Shown here: positions 47,302 to 56,445 of the stretch, in pieces
Layout of the letters: each line of letters opens with the position of its first letter
Numbering within the stretch: position 1 is the first letter of the stretch
Assembly (NCBI GenBank): GCA_965205465.1
Contig: OZ242187.1
Coordinates: 1,164,577-1,228,576, forward strand
Direction: 5' to 3'
Length of the DNA stretch: 64,000 nucleotides
From: Candidatus Aldehydirespiratoraceae bacterium
Lineage (GTDB): Bacteria > Actinomycetota > Acidimicrobiia > Acidimicrobiales > Aldehydirespiratoraceae
Translations under genes and position numbers: made by a program
Notes under the pieces: generated by a model
The model's database searches: none
What the model was told of the DNA's origin: nothing
The model's input: only the letters and a program-made list of their open reading frames with translations

Positions 47302-48483
47302 ATGACGAAGCGAACGATTGACTTCCCGGTGTTCGACGCCGACAACCACATGTATGAGACAGAGGATGCGTTCACCCGCTATCTTCCGCCGAAATACGCC
47401 AACGCCATCAAGTACGTCCAGGTCAAGGGCCGCACCAAAATCGCCATCAACGACAAAATCTCCGAGTTCATCCCCAACCCGACATTCGAAGTCGTGGCCG
47501 CTCCCGGAGCACAGGAAGAGTTCTACCGTTCGGGTAATCCCGAGGGAAAGACGCTACGAGAGATCTTCGGCAAACCGATCAAATGTCCTGAGTGGGCTCG
47601 CAATGCCGAAGCCCGGCTACCCCATCTCGACGAACTGGGGCTTGATGGCTCGCTCATGTTTCCGACGTTGGCCAGCCTGCTCGAAGAGCGGATGCGCGAC
47701 GATCCCGATCTCTGCCATGCCGCGGTCCATTCCCTGAACCAGTGGATCTATGACGAGTGGCGTTTCGACTACGAGGGACGGATCTTCGCCACGCCGGTGA
47801 TTACCCTGCCGATCGTCGAAAAAGCTATCGAGGAACTGGAGTGGTGTCTGGACCGAGGTGCCCGCTGCATTCTGATCCGCCCCGCACCCGCCTGGGGGTT
47901 GCGTGGTCCCCGTTCGCCCGGCTTACCGGAGTTTGATCCGTTTTGGGCGAGAGTGCAGGAAGCAGGTGTGATGGTCGGCATGCACAGTTCAGATTCGGGC
48001 TACGCCGATTTGGTTTCGATTTGGGAAGGAAGCGGGGAAATGCTGCCATTCAAGCCCAATCCGTTGCGCAGTCTGCTCATGTCCAACCGGCCGATCACCG
48101 ACATGATGAGCGCCATGGTGTGTCACGGCGCTTTCGCCCGGTTCCCAGACCTGCGAATCGGCACGATCGAGAACGGTGGCACTTGGGTGGCACCCTTTGT
48201 CAAGAGCCTTGAGGAGATTTACAAGAAAATGCCTCAAGAGTTCAGCGAGCATCCTGTCAACGCTTTCAAGCGCAACGTGTATGTCAATCCGTTCTGGGAG
48301 GATGCTCTTGAAGGTTTGCTCGAAATCATGACTCCGGACCGTCTCCTGTTCGGGTCCGACTATCCCCATCCTGAGGGGCTCGGTAATCCAATTGAGTTCG
48401 TTGACGATTTGCCCTCGTCTCTGGGCCACGATGACGTCGCCAAGATCATGGGCGGAAATCTCAAGTCGCTGCTAAAAGTCTGA
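47302..48483 (+). CDS. Amidohydrolase-2 family protein
   Basis: VFDADNHMYE N-terminal metal motif and a GSDYPHPEG C-terminal motif. ATG at 47302; the track ORF start at 47167 runs through the promoter repeats. Confidence 0.85.
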   Translation: MTKRTIDFPVFDADNHMYETEDAFTRYLPPKYANAIKYVQVKGRTKIAINDKISEFIPNPTFEVVAAPGAQEEFYRSGNPEGKTLREIFGKPIKCPEWARNAEARLPHLDELGLDGSLMFPTLASLLEERMRDDPDLCHAAVHSLNQWIYDEWRFDYEGRIFATPVITLPIVEKAIEELEWCLDRGARCILIRPAPAWGLRGPRSPGLPEFDPFWARVQEAGVMVGMHSSDSGYADLVSIWEGSGEMLPFKPNPLRSLLMSNRPITDMMSAMVCHGAFARFPDLRIGTIENGGTWVAPFVKSLEEIYKKMPQEFSEHPVNAFKRNVYVNPFWEDALEGLLEIMTPDRLLFGSDYPHPEGLGNPIEFVDDLPSSLGHDDVAKIMGGNLKSLLKV

Positions 48484-48490
48484 GAGAGTA

Positions 48491-49687
48491 ATGAGTGACG
48501 AAACAGCGGCGGCCGAACCGCCGGCAGAAACCACCACTGGCATCGACATCTCAGGTCCGCCTCAGGAGATGTACAAGTTTCTGCGCGATCACATGCCGGT
48601 AATGACGGTCGATCATGAACTGATGGCCGGCACCAGCGTGGCGCTCCACGACGACGTCATGACGGTGCTGCAGAACCCGCAGATCTTCTCATCCGACGGA
48701 GCCGCAGAAATCGGCCAGATTCGTCCTCTCATTCCGTTGGAGATCGACCCCCCGGAGCACGCCAAGTATCGCAAGCTCCTAGATCCGCTGTTCGCGCCTC
48801 GCAGGGTCGCATTGCTCGAACCGTCAACCAGAGCATTGGCTACAAGCCTTATCGAAGCGGTGGTCGATGATGGTCACTGCAACTTTCACGAGGCCATCGC
48901 CGAGCCGCTGCCCAGCCAGGTGTTCCTGACAATGTTCGGCCTCCCAGTTGAGCGCACGCGCGAGTTCATTGAGTTGAAAGACGGCATCATTCGTCCACCG
49001 GTGAAAAGTTCGACCGAAGCTGCGGAGTACCGAGTAGCTACCGGCAAGCGAATATATGCGGTATTGCAGGAGGCGGTCGACCAGCGCCTCGAAACCCGAC
49101 AAGACGATTTCCTGTCGCAGTTTCTGGACGCGCAGGTGGACGGAACTCAGCTCACCGTCGATGAGGTTCTCGATATCGGTTATCTGTTTTTTCTGGCTGG
49201 ACTCGACACAGTTACAGCGTCGCTCGACTGCATGCTTGCTCATCTGGCTCAGCACCCGAAGCATCAACGGCGGCTCGTTTCGCAACCCACCGACATCGGT
49301 GCCGCGATGGAAGAGCTCTTGCGCTGGGAGACCCCGGTCGCTGGGGTGGTTCGGGTTGCTGTCCAGGACACCGAACTATCGGGTTGCCCCATCAAAGCGG
49401 GCGACAAAGTCTCGGTGAACCTGGGTTCGGCCAATACCGACGAGCGGTTTTGGGACAGTGTCGACACCGTTGATTTCGACCGCTCCATCAACAAACACAT
49501 TGCCTTCGGCGGCGGTGTTCACCGCTGCCTCGGATCGCATCTGGCACGCATGGAAATGCGAGTGTGTCTCGAGGAATGGCACAAACGAGTGCCGTCTTAT
49601 GAACTGAAGCCTGGTACCACTCCGCGCTACACCATGGGGCTGCGCAGCGTCGAGAATCTTGAATTGGTGTGGCCCACCCGATCATGA
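48491..49687 (+). CDS. Cytochrome P450
   Basis: Haem loop FGGGVHRCLGSHLA, an EELLRWETP (ExxR) motif, and AGLDTV in the I-helix. Confidence 0.9.
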   Translation: MSDETAAAEPPAETTTGIDISGPPQEMYKFLRDHMPVMTVDHELMAGTSVALHDDVMTVLQNPQIFSSDGAAEIGQIRPLIPLEIDPPEHAKYRKLLDPLFAPRRVALLEPSTRALATSLIEAVVDDGHCNFHEAIAEPLPSQVFLTMFGLPVERTREFIELKDGIIRPPVKSSTEAAEYRVATGKRIYAVLQEAVDQRLETRQDDFLSQFLDAQVDGTQLTVDEVLDIGYLFFLAGLDTVTASLDCMLAHLAQHPKHQRRLVSQPTDIGAAMEELLRWETPVAGVVRVAVQDTELSGCPIKAGDKVSVNLGSANTDERFWDSVDTVDFDRSINKHIAFGGGVHRCLGSHLARMEMRVCLEEWHKRVPSYELKPGTTPRYTMGLRSVENLELVWPTRS

Positions 49688-50931
49688 ACGAAGACTCACC
49701 TGCCGCTCGCACAACAAGCCCACTTGAGGGGATCCGGGTGGTGGAGATAGCGAGTTGGATGTTTGTCCCGTCGGGTGGTTCGGTGCTCGCCGACTGGGGG
49801 GCCGACGTGCTCAAAATCGAGAATCCTCAAGGCGGCGACCCACAGCGTGGGCTGATTACCTCCGGGCTGGTTCCAGGCGGGGCGGGTGGCGTGAACTTCA
49901 TGATCGAACAACCCAACCGCAGCAAACGCTCAGTGGCCATCAATGTCGCACACCCCGACGGCCATGAAGCATTCATGAAGCTGATCGAATCGGCTGATGT
50001 CTTCCTCACCAACTATCTGCCGCCGATCAGGCGCAAGCTGAAGATCGACACCGACGACATTCTGGCCCGCAACCCGAAGATCGTCATTGCCCGAGGTACT
50101 GGGCAGGGACCCAACGGTCCCGATGCCGAGAAAGGCGGTTACGACGGTGCTTCATATTGGGCCCGTGGAGGGTTGGGGTCGGTATTCCCACCCGACAGCG
50201 ACGGTTGGCCCATGGCGCAGAGTTCGCCTGCATTCGGCGACGTCATCGGCGGCCTTGCCACCGCGGGCGCAATCGCCGCGGCTCTGTTGAAACGGGAGCG
50301 AACCGGAGAAACGAGTGTGGTCGATGTAAGCCTGCTGGCCACAGCTTTGTGGCAGATCTCGCCTTTGGTCGTTGCCTCGAAACTGTTCGGTATGACTTCG
50401 CTGCCCCGCGGCGACCGTCGACTGTCACCGAATCCCGGAGTGGGTGTCTACCGAACCAAAGACAACCGCTTCATCAGCCTGATATTGCTGCAGAGCGACA
50501 AGCACTGGGAGGACTTCGCCGCTCGTTTGGAACGCCCGATCCTTGTCGAAGATGAGCGTTTCAATCACTCATCTGCGCGGGCGCAGAACGGTCCCGCATG
50601 CATCGACATCATCGACGAGGCGTTCGCCGAGCGGACTCTTGACGAGTGGAAGGAACGGCTGGAGACTTTCGACGGTGTGTGGACGCCTTTTCAGACACTG
50701 GCCGAGCTCTATTCCGACCGCCAAGTCGTTGCCAACAGCTACCTGCCTTCGATGGAGCACGGCAGCGGTGAAGAAGTTCAGCTTGTGGCGAGTCCCGCGC
50801 AATTCGATGAACAACCGATATTGGTTGAGCGAGCCCCCGAACTCGGCGAGCACACCGAGTTGGTTCTGAACGAGCTTGGTTTCGACTGGCCCGACATCAT
50901 CGCCATGAAAGAATCCGGCGCGATCCTCTAG
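49684..50931 (+). CDS. Family III CoA-transferase (CaiB/BaiF; alpha-methylacyl-CoA racemase-like)
   Basis: LEGIRVVEIASWMFVPSGGSVLADWGADVLKIE N-terminus. The ATG at 49684 overlaps the P450 TGA (ATGA). Confidence 0.88.
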   Translation: MNEDSPAARTTSPLEGIRVVEIASWMFVPSGGSVLADWGADVLKIENPQGGDPQRGLITSGLVPGGAGGVNFMIEQPNRSKRSVAINVAHPDGHEAFMKLIESADVFLTNYLPPIRRKLKIDTDDILARNPKIVIARGTGQGPNGPDAEKGGYDGASYWARGGLGSVFPPDSDGWPMAQSSPAFGDVIGGLATAGAIAAALLKRERTGETSVVDVSLLATALWQISPLVVASKLFGMTSLPRGDRRLSPNPGVGVYRTKDNRFISLILLQSDKHWEDFAARLERPILVEDERFNHSSARAQNGPACIDIIDEAFAERTLDEWKERLETFDGVWTPFQTLAELYSDRQVVANSYLPSMEHGSGEEVQLVASPAQFDEQPILVERAPELGEHTELVLNELGFDWPDIIAMKESGAIL

Positions 50932-51048
50932 TCGCCCCAGGTGCCAAGCGAACAGGGGAATTGGGGCGGGCCATGACGGGTGAACTAGCCTCGCTTGCTA
51001 ACGCCTCGCGGCCACATACTTGACTCGATCGTCCTAGGGGGATGCCTT

Positions 51049-52587
51049 ATGAATCGACAACGGCAAGCCATCGTCGCTTTGCTCTGCGCCTTTGTGTTGT
51101 TCACAGGAGCATGCGGCAACAGCGGTGATCCAGGTGACTCCAGCGATCGAGGGGCCAGCGACACCAGCGGTGACGACAGCGACGACGCTACCGACAGCGC
51201 TGGCGACAGAGCGGACGACAGCGCCGACAGCGACGACACCAAAGAGCCCGACAGCGATACCGACGCGGACTCTGACGGCGGCAGCGAGAGCACTGATAGC
51301 ACCGACGCTACCGACAGCGCTGACGGCGACGCTCAAGACGATGCTGAAGATCTATGGGCTGGGCGAGACGAGTTCATCGCGATTGATGGCGTACCCGGCG
51401 TGAGCGACGATGAGATTGCCGTCATTGTGGTCGGTATTCGCGAAGGCAACCTTTTGGGCACCTGCATACTCGACTGCTACGTCACTGGTGTGCAGGCATA
51501 CTTCGACCACATCAACGACGGTGGCGGCATCTACGGCCGTGAATTGGTGATCGGCAAAGAACACGACGATCAGCTCTTCGGGAACCAACTGGCAGCACTT
51601 GATATCATCTCCGACAACGACAGCTTCGCCTCCTTTCAGGCCACGCTCATAGCCTCGGGGTGGGGAGACCTTCACGAAGCCGGGATCCCGAGCTTCACCT
51701 GGAACATCCACTCGACCGAATCTGTCGACCGCGACACGATCTTCGGACACTTCGCATTCGGCTGCCCCACTTGCTCCCAGCGGGCAGTTCCTTGGCTGGT
51801 GTCTATTTCGGGGGCCTCCACGGTCGCCACGCTCGGCTACGGAGTGTCGGAGAACAGTCAGGTCTGCGCGAACTCGCTGGCTGACTCGGTGGAGTTGTAC
51901 AGCGATGATCTCGGCATCTCCGTCGGCTACGTCAACGACAATCTTTCCTATGGGCTGACCAGCGGAGTCGCCCCAGAAGTCACCCGGATGATCGATGCCG
52001 GAGTCGACTTCATTGCTACCTGTCTGGATCTCAACGGGATGAAGACCCTGGCGCAAGAATTGCTACGCCAGGGTGCGCGCGATCAGGTAACGATGTATCA
52101 CCCCAACACTTATGACTCCAAGTTTGTGGCCGAGGCCGGCAGCCTCTTCGACGGTGACTATGTCATCCCTCAGTTCGCAGCCTTCGAGTACGACACAGGC
52201 AGCGAACTCAAGGCGTTGTACGACGAGTGGGTTCCACGCCATGGCGGTCCGGTGGCGGAACAAACAATGATTGGTTGGATAAACGCCGACGCCATGGTTA
52301 CCGGTCTGCTCCACGCAGGGCCAGACTTCGACCGCCAGAAGCTCATCGACGCGCTCAACTCGATCGTCTATGACGCCGATGGTCTCATCAATCCGCTCGA
52401 GTTCGGTAGACAGCACAAATCGCCGACTGAGGGTGACCCCACCCATGACTACGAACTTGAGTGCGTCTCGGCGGTGCAGATGCTCAACGGCGGTTTCGTC
52501 GGTTTCCAAGAGGCCCCTTTCATGTGCTGGTCCAACGAGACAACTGACTGGTCCGAGCCTGTGCCGGTCAACTTCGCCGACCGCTGA
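51049..52587 (+). CDS. ABC transporter substrate-binding lipoprotein (LivJ/branched-chain amino acid type) with acidic D/S-rich linker
   Basis: Lipobox LFTGAC and a long DSxD low-complexity linker, followed by a type-I periplasmic-binding fold. RBS AGGGGGA. Confidence 0.8.
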   Translation: MNRQRQAIVALLCAFVLFTGACGNSGDPGDSSDRGASDTSGDDSDDATDSAGDRADDSADSDDTKEPDSDTDADSDGGSESTDSTDATDSADGDAQDDAEDLWAGRDEFIAIDGVPGVSDDEIAVIVVGIREGNLLGTCILDCYVTGVQAYFDHINDGGGIYGRELVIGKEHDDQLFGNQLAALDIISDNDSFASFQATLIASGWGDLHEAGIPSFTWNIHSTESVDRDTIFGHFAFGCPTCSQRAVPWLVSISGASTVATLGYGVSENSQVCANSLADSVELYSDDLGISVGYVNDNLSYGLTSGVAPEVTRMIDAGVDFIATCLDLNGMKTLAQELLRQGARDQVTMYHPNTYDSKFVAEAGSLFDGDYVIPQFAAFEYDTGSELKALYDEWVPRHGGPVAEQTMIGWINADAMVTGLLHAGPDFDRQKLIDALNSIVYDADGLINPLEFGRQHKSPTEGDPTHDYELECVSAVQMLNGGFVGFQEAPFMCWSNETTDWSEPVPVNFADR

Positions 52588-52603
52588 TCGGTAACCGCCG
52601 CCG

Positions 52604-54700
52604 GTGATCCTCGCGTCCAGCTTCCTCGAAGACCTGCTGCGCAGTGTTCTTCAGGGAACGCCATCGGGTGCTGTATTTGCGCTGATCGCCATCGGCTTCG
52701 TACTCACTTACAAGACCTCTGGAGTGTTCAACCTGGCTTTCGGTGCGCAGGCTTACATATCGGCAGCCATGTTCTTCAAGGCTCGCACGCAGTGGAACTG
52801 GTCGATCCCTTTGTCGTTGTTGGTGTCAGTTTTCGTCCTGGCACCGGCGATCGGCTTAGTCCTGGAAAGGTTCTTGTTTCGCCGGCTGAGGACCGCCTCG
52901 GCGGTTGCGAAGCTGGTTGTAACCATCGGGCTGAGCGTGGCGCTCCCTGCGGTGTTCGAGATCTTCGCTGACTACGCGCCGGTAGCGGGTCGGGCACCTA
53001 CAGGCATCGTGCCCAAGGGGAGTTCGGTCTTTTATGACCCGCTCGGCGTGTACCCGTTCAGCCGCGACGAACTCGCGGCCATGGGCGTCATTCTGATCGC
53101 TGTGGTCGTGCTCGGGGCGATCTTTCGGTTCACCTCGATCGGGCTGTCAATGCGGGCCGTTGTGGAGAGTCCGAGGATGACCGAACTCAACGGCATCGCC
53201 GCGGATCGAGTTTCTGCAGTTGCCTGGGCTTTGTCGAGCACGTTTGCGGGTATGGCGGGTGTGTTGATCGCACCGATTCGTTTCAACACGCTCATCTCCA
53301 ACGACTTCTTCAATGTTGTTGTCGTCGCGATCGCCGCAGCGGCCATTGGACGGCTTGTCAGCATTCCCCGAGCGTTGGCCGGGGGAATCGGACTCGGCTG
53401 GTTCATTGCTGTCTTCAACACCTTTCTGCCCCGTTGGGTGGACGATTACACCTGGCTACGGCCGCTGCGAGACAACTTCTCGAACTCTCTGCCTTTTGTC
53501 GTGCTGTTCGCGATATTGGTCTTTTGGCCCGCCATAAGGAGGTCGCTCGACGCAGGCGATCCTCTGGCAGGGGTCGACCCTCCACCGCCGGCACCGGCGG
53601 CTGCGGAACGTCACCCGAAACTGACCCGTTTCACACGGCTGTTTGCACTTGGGTTCTTTCTGTTCGTCGGACTCACGATCTTCTTTCGGGCTGACCGCAG
53701 TTGGGTGTTCATCGTCACCACCGCGGTGATCCTTTCGACGATCTACCTTTCGATAACAGTCATCACTGGTTTCGCCGGGCAGATAAGCCTCTGCCAGGGC
53801 GCCTTCGCGGCGATCGGTGGTTTCACCGTGTTTCAGACGGCCGACCGTTACGACCTGTCGGTGCTCGTCGCGGCTTTGATCGGGGCATCTATTGCGGCTC
53901 TTGTGGGCGCAATTCTGTCGCTCCCAGTATTGCGCCTCGGCGGCATCTGGTTGGCTATCGCCACTCTTGCCTTCGCCTTGTTCTTTGATGCTGTCTTAGT
54001 ACGCACATCGTGGATTGGAGGTGGAGACACCGCACTTCTTCAAGGAACCAGAGTGCCCCGTCCCATTCTGGGGCCGATCGACTTCGGTAACGACAAATCG
54101 TTTCTGGCGCTTGCAGTAATCGTATTCGTGATCACTTCTGTGGCGGTGATCCAGCTTCGCGAAGGCACCATCGGTCGGACCCTGCGCGCTATTCGCGGTA
54201 GCGAAGTAGCCGCTGAATCTATTGGCATCTCACCTGCGAAAGCCCGCATCGTCGCTTTCGCCACCTCAGCCTTCATCGCCGGTCTTGGGGGTTCGATGCT
54301 CACGATGCTCCAGGAGAACGTCAACTATCAAAACAACTTCTCCCCCGTCGGGTCGCTGTTCTGGCTGGTCCTGGTGGTGGCCCTCGGTGTGCGTACGGTG
54401 GAAGGCGCCGCCCAGGCCGGAGCAGCGTATTCGATGTTTGAACCGCTGGTTCTACGAGGCGAACTCTTTAACTGGATTCTGCGAGCAGAAGATCGTTTGC
54501 CTGGCTTCTTCCCCGTCTCCGGTAAGTGGCGTTTGATCCTGTTCGGTTTCGCAGCTATGCAATTTGCCCGACATCCCGAGGGATTGGTTGAGCACGGAAA
54601 ACGACGATTCACTTCCCGTCTGAACCAGCGTCTCAGAAGTAGCGACCTCACCGAGGGTGCTGATTCCGACGGCACAGACTCTGGCGGTGGTGCAGCGTGA
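52604..54700 (+). CDS. Fused LivH-LivM-type ABC transporter permease
   Basis: 698 aa with two tandem branched-chain-amino-acid-type permease modules and many TM segments. Confidence 0.83.
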   Translation: MILASSFLEDLLRSVLQGTPSGAVFALIAIGFVLTYKTSGVFNLAFGAQAYISAAMFFKARTQWNWSIPLSLLVSVFVLAPAIGLVLERFLFRRLRTASAVAKLVVTIGLSVALPAVFEIFADYAPVAGRAPTGIVPKGSSVFYDPLGVYPFSRDELAAMGVILIAVVVLGAIFRFTSIGLSMRAVVESPRMTELNGIAADRVSAVAWALSSTFAGMAGVLIAPIRFNTLISNDFFNVVVVAIAAAAIGRLVSIPRALAGGIGLGWFIAVFNTFLPRWVDDYTWLRPLRDNFSNSLPFVVLFAILVFWPAIRRSLDAGDPLAGVDPPPPAPAAAERHPKLTRFTRLFALGFFLFVGLTIFFRADRSWVFIVTTAVILSTIYLSITVITGFAGQISLCQGAFAAIGGFTVFQTADRYDLSVLVAALIGASIAALVGAILSLPVLRLGGIWLAIATLAFALFFDAVLVRTSWIGGGDTALLQGTRVPRPILGPIDFGNDKSFLALAVIVFVITSVAVIQLREGTIGRTLRAIRGSEVAAESIGISPAKARIVAFATSAFIAGLGGSMLTMLQENVNYQNNFSPVGSLFWLVLVVALGVRTVEGAAQAGAAYSMFEPLVLRGELFNWILRAEDRLPGFFPVSGKWRLILFGFAAMQFARHPEGLVEHGKRRFTSRLNQRLRSSDLTEGADSDGTDSGGGAA

Positions 54701-55644
54701 CTGGGCCCACGACCGTTGGCAGAGAACAGGGACCGCACACGGTGTTGGCCGTGTCTGGGATCAGCAAGAACTTCTCGGGCATCATCGCGCTCAACGACGT
54801 GAGTCTTACTGTCGAAGCGGGCGAAAGAGTGGGACTCATCGGCCCCAACGGTGCAGGCAAAACCACCTTGTTCAACTGTCTGCTGGGAATCTTGCGGCCC
54901 GACGCGGGAACAGTGGAACTCAACGGTGTCAATGTCACAGGCCATCGCGTTCACAAGCGAGCGCAAGCAGGAATGGGCCGCACGTTCCAACGAATCGAGC
55001 TGTTCACCGACACAACGGTACGAGAACACCTGCTCATCGCTGAGCGGGTCCGCAACGGCAACGGTGCTTTCTGGAAGGATCTATTGGGGCGGGGCAGGCC
55101 TACCGCGGCTGAGATCAGCGCTTGCGATGCCGTGCTCGAATTGCTGGGACTCGCCGAAGTCGCCGAGGTGCCGATCGAGTCTTTGAGTCTGGGGCAGGGT
55201 CGTCTCGTTGAGGTGGGACGGGCGCTGATGACCGACCCCAGGATCTTGCTGCTCGACGAGCCATCCTCGGGGCTTGATCGGGAGGAGACCAACGCCTTGG
55301 CTGCCACCCTCAGAGCCATCCAGAGCGAGCGCGGGTTCGCCATCTTGCTGGTCGAACACGATGTGGAGTTGGTGGCCGAGTTCACAACGCGGCTATACGT
55401 GCTCGACTTCGGGCAGTTGATCGCACAGGGACCAACCACCGAAACCCTCGCCGCGCCAGCCGTGCGCAACGCCTACCTCGGCAGTGCTGGCGCTGCGGAC
55501 GGTGCCGCAGATAGCGTTGCTAGCGCTGCGGACGGTGCCGCAGATAGCGTTGCTAGCGCTGCGGACGGTGCCACAGATCCGTCCCGCCCCGCGACGACGC
55601 CGCAGGCCCGTCCCAGTCGCGAACCCAAAGAGGGCGAGCTGTGA
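54697..55644 (+). CDS. ABC transporter ATP-binding protein (LivG-like) with repeat-containing C-terminal tail
   Basis: Walker A GPNGAGKTT, signature LSLGQGR, Walker B LLLDEP. GTGA overlap with the permease stop. Confidence 0.9.
   Translation: MTGPTTVGREQGPHTVLAVSGISKNFSGIIALNDVSLTVEAGERVGLIGPNGAGKTTLFNCLLGILRPDAGTVELNGVNVTGHRVHKRAQAGMGRTFQRIELFTDTTVREHLLIAERVRNGNGAFWKDLLGRGRPTAAEISACDAVLELLGLAEVAEVPIESLSLGQGRLVEVGRALMTDPRILLLDEPSSGLDREETNALAATLRAIQSERGFAILLVEHDVELVAEFTTRLYVLDFGQLIAQGPTTETLAAPAVRNAYLGSAGAADGAADSVASAADGAADSVASAADGATDPSRPATTPQARPSREPKEGEL
55492..55577 (+). repeat. 33-bp in-frame tandem repeat x2.6 (AADGAADSVAS) in the LivG-like C-terminus
   Basis: gctgcggacggtgccgcagatagcgttgctagc repeated; read directly. 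Confidence 0.9.
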
Positions 55645-56357
55645 CTGCGTTGCTGGAGCTTCGGGATGTACGGGCGGAATACGGGCCGTTTCGGGCGCTC
55701 TTCGGCGTTTCGCTGGAAATCGAGCCCGGGGGTGCGGTGGCGCTGCTCGGCGCCAACGGCGCCGGTAAGACAACCGTGGCACGCGTGGCCACTGGGCTAG
55801 TGCAAGCCAGCGCAGGCCAAGTGCTCGTCGACGGCAGCGAGATGACCGACAGCCCGACCTATGCCTACGCCCGGACCGGCATCGTTCACGCCCCCGAAGG
55901 ACGTTCAATATTCGCCACCTTTACGGTCGAGGAAAACCTCAACCTTTCGTTTCGGAGTTTTCTGGGGAAAGCGAAGGTCCGCGAATCGTTGGCAAAAGCC
56001 TTCGATCTGTTCCCCCGCCTGGGGGAGCGTCGTTTACAGATGGCCGGCACTCTGTCTGGCGGAGAACAGAGGATGCTTTCACTGGCCCGTGTCCTGGTGG
56101 TGCAACCCCGCCTGCTCATCGCTGATGAACTCTCCCTCGGCCTCGCTCCGATCGTGGTCGACGAGGTCTACACCACTCTGGAGGCGATTCGCAGTTCGGG
56201 CACCGCTCTGCTGATCGTAGAACAACACATCGGGCATGCCCTTGATCTGTGTGACGATGTGGTGTTACTCGAACACGGACGAGTTGCCTGGCAGGGATCC
56301 ACCACCGAGGCCGCCGAGGTCGTTGTCAACCGACTGTTCGAGTCGGGCGAATCCTAA
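55641..56357 (+). CDS. ABC transporter ATP-binding protein (LivF-like)
   Basis: Walker A GANGAGKTT, signature LSGGEQR, Walker B LIADEL. GTGA overlap with the upstream gene. Confidence 0.9.
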   Translation: MTALLELRDVRAEYGPFRALFGVSLEIEPGGAVALLGANGAGKTTVARVATGLVQASAGQVLVDGSEMTDSPTYAYARTGIVHAPEGRSIFATFTVEENLNLSFRSFLGKAKVRESLAKAFDLFPRLGERRLQMAGTLSGGEQRMLSLARVLVVQPRLLIADELSLGLAPIVVDEVYTTLEAIRSSGTALLIVEQHIGHALDLCDDVVLLEHGRVAWQGSTTEAAEVVVNRLFESGES

Positions 56358-56367
56358 GCCTGAATCC

Positions 56368-56396
56368 ACCGACGGGTTTGTGGGATCGTCGGTTTG
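56368..56396 (+). terminator. Weak hairpin (accgacg-N12-cgtcggt) followed by tt, downstream of the ABC operon
   Basis: A 7-bp perfect stem read directly, with a poor U-tract. Confidence 0.25.
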
Positions 56397-56445
56397 GGGC
56401 CGGGTGGCCCTTGGTGGAGGTTGTTGGGGTGGATAGCCTTCGGCG

